Positions 60,797-64,000 of a DNA stretch of 64,000 nt are shown here, in pieces. The DNA lies in assembly GCA_963759175.1 (NCBI GenBank), contig CAVWXP010000008.1, positions 112,937 through 176,936 of the forward strand, read 5' to 3'. A model generated the notes under the pieces. That model saw nothing but the letters and a program-made list of their open reading frames with translations. It made no database searches and was not told the DNA's origin. Within the stretch, counting starts at the first letter, position 1. Each line of letters starts with the position of its first letter. Both the position numbers and the translations under genes were made by a program. The stretch comes from an uncultured Acidimicrobiia bacterium (GTDB lineage: Bacteria > Actinomycetota > Acidimicrobiia > Spongiisociales > UBA5794).

Positions 60797-62497
60797 CTAT
60801 CGCACCAGGCGCTCGATCTCGTCGGCCACCTCAGCGACGGCGACATCGCGTGAATCTCCTGATCGACGCTCGACGAGCTCCACGATGCCGTTGTCGAGGC
60901 CCCGCGGGCCGATGGTCACGCGCCACGGGATGCCGATCAGTTCGGCATCGGTGAACTTCACCCCGGGGCGCTCATCGCGGTCGTCGAGCAGCACCTCGAT
61001 GCCGCGGCGTCCGAGATCCTCGTAGAGCTCGGTGGCCGCACGATCGGGTGCCTCCTCGTCGGGACGCAGCACGGTGATCACCACATCGAATGGTGCGATC
61101 TCCGCTGGCCACACGATGCCCTTGTCATCGTGGTTCGCCTCGATCGATGCCGCCATGTTGCGCTCGACGCCGATGCCGTAGGAACCCATCACGACAGGCA
61201 CCGACCGCCCATCCTTGTCGAGGACCTTGACCCCGAGGGGTTCGGCGTAGAAGGTTCCGAGCTTGAAGATATGCCCTACCTCGATGGCGGCGAACACATC
61301 GATGGCGGAGCCACAATCGACACACGCGTCGCCGTTCTGGACGGCCCGGACCTCGACCCAGGTGTCGACATCGATGTCGCGTGCCACATCGACACCGCGT
61401 ATGTGGACGTCGTTGTCGTTGGCACCCGTGGTCATGGCCACCCGCCCCCGCAGGGCCTCGTCGGCGACGATTCGCACACCGGTGGCACCCACTGCCCCGA
61501 GGCTCCCCGCGTCGGCGCCGAGGAGGGCGGAGATCTCCTCCGCGTGGGCCGGACGGGAGTCGACCACGCGCAGCTGATCCATCAGCTTCTGTTCCTGGAG
61601 GGCGTGGTCCCCCCGCATCAGCACCAGGGTGGGTTGATCATCGAGAAGGTACACGAGGGTCTTGATCTGTCGGTCTGCAGGGGCTCCACCTTCGAACGCT
61701 GCGAGATCGGCGATGGTCCGCACGCCGGGCGTCGGGAAGCGTTCGAGGGAGTGATCGCCTGTGGCATCGGCGACCGGCCCGATGCGCGACGTCGCCGTCT
61801 CGACGTTGGCCGAGTAGCCGCACTCGCGGCAATGCGCCACGAGGTCCTCGCCGACCTCGCTCGCGACCATGAACTCGATGGACTCCTTGCCCCCCATGGC
61901 GCCGGACGAGGCACGAACCGCAACGACGTCCAAGCCGAGGCGCTCGAAGATCCGGTTGTAGGCGGTGACGTGGCGATCGAACTGGATGTCGAGGCCTTCG
62001 GGATCGATGTCGAACGAGTAGGAGTCCTTCATGGTGAACTCGCGGACGCGCAACAGCCCCGACTTGGGACGTGGCTCATCGCGGAACTTCGTCTGGATGT
62101 GGTACCACAGCTGGGGCAGTTGCTTGTACGACTCGAGCTCGGTCGAGACCGTCGCGAAGATCTCCTCATGCGTCGGACCGAGCACGACGGCGGCACCCTT
62201 GTTGTCGTCGAACGTCATGATGATGTCGGACATCGTGTCGATCCGACCGGTGCGATCCCAGATCTCCCTCGGATGCAGCTGCGGGAGGTAGAACTCCTGA
62301 CCGCCGATCGCATCCATCTCCTCGCGGATGATGGCCATGACCTTGCGCCGCACGCGTTGGCCGAGGGGAAGCATCGAGTACACCCCCGACATCAACTGAC
62401 GGACATATCCCCCACGCACGAGCAGCTTGTGACTGATCGCCTCGGCGTCGGTGGGATCATCGCGAAGGGTCGGGATGAAGGCTTGGGACCAGCGCAC
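60797..62497 (-). CDS. proS: proline--tRNA ligase (bacterial type with editing domain)
   Basis: MRWSQAFIPTLRDDPTDAEAISHKLLVRGGYVRQL… Class II motifs. 566 aa. Confidence 0.95.
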   Translation of the reverse strand: MRWSQAFIPTLRDDPTDAEAISHKLLVRGGYVRQLMSGVYSMLPLGQRVRRKVMAIIREEMDAIGGQEFYLPQLHPREIWDRTGRIDTMSDIIMTFDDNKGAAVVLGPTHEEIFATVSTELESYKQLPQLWYHIQTKFRDEPRPKSGLLRVREFTMKDSYSFDIDPEGLDIQFDRHVTAYNRIFERLGLDVVAVRASSGAMGGKESIEFMVASEVGEDLVAHCRECGYSANVETATSRIGPVADATGDHSLERFPTPGVRTIADLAAFEGGAPADRQIKTLVYLLDDQPTLVLMRGDHALQEQKLMDQLRVVDSRPAHAEEISALLGADAGSLGAVGATGVRIVADEALRGRVAMTTGANDNDVHIRGVDVARDIDVDTWVEVRAVQNGDACVDCGSAIDVFAAIEVGHIFKLGTFYAEPLGVKVLDKDGRSVPVVMGSYGIGVERNMAASIEANHDDKGIVWPAEIAPFDVVITVLRPDEEAPDRAATELYEDLGRRGIEVLLDDRDERPGVKFTDAELIGIPWRVTIGPRGLDNGIVELVERRSGDSRDVAVAEVADEIERLVR

Positions 62498-62547
62498 GTT
62501 GCTCCAGGGGTCAGGGGTGGAGGGGCGGGCGCGAGGTTAGCGGAGGC

Positions 62548-63768
62548 TCAGTCCGTGCCGGAACCGGCGACATCGGCCACGGCGGCACGTCGCTGTTCGG
62601 TCCTGTTGGCGTCACCCTGAATCGACAGGAGCTCGAGGCGCTCCTCCCTGGCGATGTCGGCCGCTGTCACGTCGCGGGCGGCGATGCGCGCCTCATGGCC
62701 CTCCTCGGCCAGCAGGAGCGCCTCGTGGACGAGCGCATCGACCATCTCTTCTTCGGGGACCACTCGCACCACCTCCCCCTTGATGAAGAGATGACCTCGG
62801 CCCTTGCCTGCAGCGAGGCCCAGATCGGCCTCACGGGCCTCGCCCGGACCGTTGACCACACATCCCATGACGGCGACCTGGATCGGGAGCTGCAGGGCCT
62901 CGAGGCGATCGTTCGCCTCCTGCGCCACGGCGATGACATCGACCTCGGCCCGCCCACACGACGGGCATGCGATCAGGTCGAGACCCGAGCGCTCGCGCAG
63001 TCCCAGATACTCGAGGAGTTGCTTGCCTGCCTTGGCCTCCTCCACCGGGTCGGCGGTGAGCGAGAACCGGATGGTGTCGCCGATACCTTCGTTGAGGAGC
63101 GTGGCGATGCCGGCGACGGATTTGATCAGGCCGCCCGGCGGCGGTCCCGCCTCTGTGACGCCGAGGTGGAGCGGATAATCGGTGGTGTCGGCGAGGAGCC
63201 GGTAGCTGTCCACCATCGTCGCGACGTTCGAGTGCTTCACCGAGATCTTGACGTCGTGGAAGCCCACGTCGTCGAAGTAGCGGACCTCGGTCATCGCCGA
63301 CTCGACGAGTGCCTCCGGGACCGGCCCGCCGTACTTCGCGAGGACGTCCTTGTCGAGGGACCCGGCGTTGACCCCGATCCTGATGGGGAGCCCGGCGTCC
63401 CCGGCCGCCGTTGCGACCGCCTTGATGTGGGCTTCCTTGCGGATGTTGCCGGGATTGAGGCGGAGGGCCGAGACACCCGCCTCGATGGCGGCGAGCGCCA
63501 GCTTGTACTGGTAGTGGATGTCGGCCACGATCGGTACGGGCGATCGCGGCATGATCTCGGCGAGGCCCTGGGCAGCCTCGATGGTGTTGCACGTCACCCG
63601 GACGATGTCGGCACCGGCACCTGCGAGGGCGTAGATCTGGGCGAGGGTCGCATCGACATCGTGGGTCTTGGTCGTCGTCATCGACTGGACCGAGATGGGC
63701 GCACCGTCCCCGACGGGCACGTCGCCAACCATGAGTCTGCGCGTCGTTCGCCGCTCGTAGGAGGTCAT
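62548..63768 (-). CDS. ispG: 4-hydroxy-3-methylbut-2-enyl diphosphate synthase (IspG/GcpE)
   Basis: …VQSMTTTKTHDV…IVRVTCNT…, C-terminal CPSCGR and CVVNGPGE Fe-S motifs. Start at the internal Met MTSYERRTTR; track to 63801. Confidence 0.9.
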   Translation of the reverse strand: MTSYERRTTRRLMVGDVPVGDGAPISVQSMTTTKTHDVDATLAQIYALAGAGADIVRVTCNTIEAAQGLAEIMPRSPVPIVADIHYQYKLALAAIEAGVSALRLNPGNIRKEAHIKAVATAAGDAGLPIRIGVNAGSLDKDVLAKYGGPVPEALVESAMTEVRYFDDVGFHDVKISVKHSNVATMVDSYRLLADTTDYPLHLGVTEAGPPPGGLIKSVAGIATLLNEGIGDTIRFSLTADPVEEAKAGKQLLEYLGLRERSGLDLIACPSCGRAEVDVIAVAQEANDRLEALQLPIQVAVMGCVVNGPGEAREADLGLAAGKGRGHLFIKGEVVRVVPEEEMVDALVHEALLLAEEGHEARIAARDVTAADIAREERLELLSIQGDANRTEQRRAAVADVAGSGTD

Positions 63769-63838
63769 GGTGCGAAGCGTACCGGGGCCATAGCGACACA
63801 TCGGCCCATCGTGTACGACGGCCGTTTCCGGGTCACGG

Positions 63839-64000
63839 CTACAGGGGCTTGAAGATGTCCAGGTAGATGCCCATCAGCCCGAGGCTCACGAGGAAGATGA
63901 ACACGACAGCAGCCACCGGCAACAGCTTCTCGACGTTCGGCTGCCTCCCGGTCACCTTCTCATACGTCGCAACGGCGAAATGGCCACCGTCGAGTGGGTA
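63839..64000 (-). CDS. site-2 protease RseP/Rip1 family (M50), C-terminal fragment; 5' end beyond window
   Basis: Reverse-strand translation …YPLDGGHFAVATYEKVTGRQPNVEKLLPVAAVVFIFLVSLGLMGIYLDIFKPL* matches the M50 C-terminus. Conserved rseP-ispG adjacency. Confidence 0.7.
   Translation of the reverse strand, partial: YPLDGGHFAVATYEKVTGRQPNVEKLLPVAAVVFIFLVSLGLMGIYLDIFKPL

Overview
This window is a high-GC (~68%) chromosomal segment that looks actinobacterial. The evidence is a mycobacterial-type LexA/SOS box (TCGAAC-N4-GTTCGA), F420/LLM-type oxidoreductases, an ImuA'-ImuB-DnaE2 mutasome and a Tad/Flp pilus locus.

Gene content, left to right:
- 1-2.4 kb: the 3' end of an osmoprotectant-type ABC importer (two permeases and a CBS-domain ATPase).
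- 2.6-6.0 kb: the error-prone polymerase dnaE2 with a perfect LexA box over its start. A small acidic ORF diverges from the same box, followed by an ACT-domain protein.
- 6.7-14 kb: dxs, an LLM oxidoreductase, an FtsX-type permease that appears frameshifted, and two ABC ATPases.
- 14-21 kb: a complete Tad (tight-adherence) Flp-pilus operon on the minus strand: cpaB, tadZ, tadA, tadB, tadC, a 51-aa Flp pilin missed by the ORF track, three TadE-like pseudopilins, and a trailing frameshifted hypothetical.
- 21-22 kb: a SCO1/SenC copper chaperone.
- 22-23 kb: the GTPase/ATPase YchF.
- 23-31.4 kb: an accessory-looking stretch:
  - a lower-GC (~58-60%) islet carrying a DnaQ-like exonuclease-BRCT fusion, bracketed by paired direct repeats (TTGTCGACC-N3/4-TTGTCGACCAC) and a 14-bp-stem hairpin;
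  - GNATs;
  - F420-type LLM;
  - small membrane, acidic and Zn-ribbon proteins;
  - a lipoprotein;
  - an unusual Flp-type prepilin fused to a ~250-aa polyacidic Asp/Gly repeat region and a C-terminal domain.
- 32-39 kb:
  - udk;
  - a DUF4097 / ribbon-helix-helix pair;
  - a TPP riboswitch in front of a thiamine pyrophosphokinase-thiBPQ salvage operon;
  - an isochorismatase-family hydrolase.
- 39.5-48.9 kb:
  - a 5-formyl-THF cyclo-ligase/YbaK fusion;
  - an AlkZ/YcaQ-like DNA glycosylase;
  - plsC;
  - the imuA'-imuB cassette with a second, identical LexA box;
  - a dodecin and a CHAD protein;
  - two hypotheticals.
- 49-64 kb: the conserved pnp-rpsO / ribF-truB-nrnA-rbfA-infB-nusA-rimP-proS-ispG-rseP housekeeping block.

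Three apparent +1 frameshifts (FtsX permease, the last gene of the tad operon, nrnA) all sit at CCC/GGG homopolymers. These are most economically explained by homopolymer indel errors, but they could be real pseudogenes.

No rRNA, CRISPR array, transposase or integrase was recognised. The hand-derived coordinates of small features may be off by 1-2 nt.
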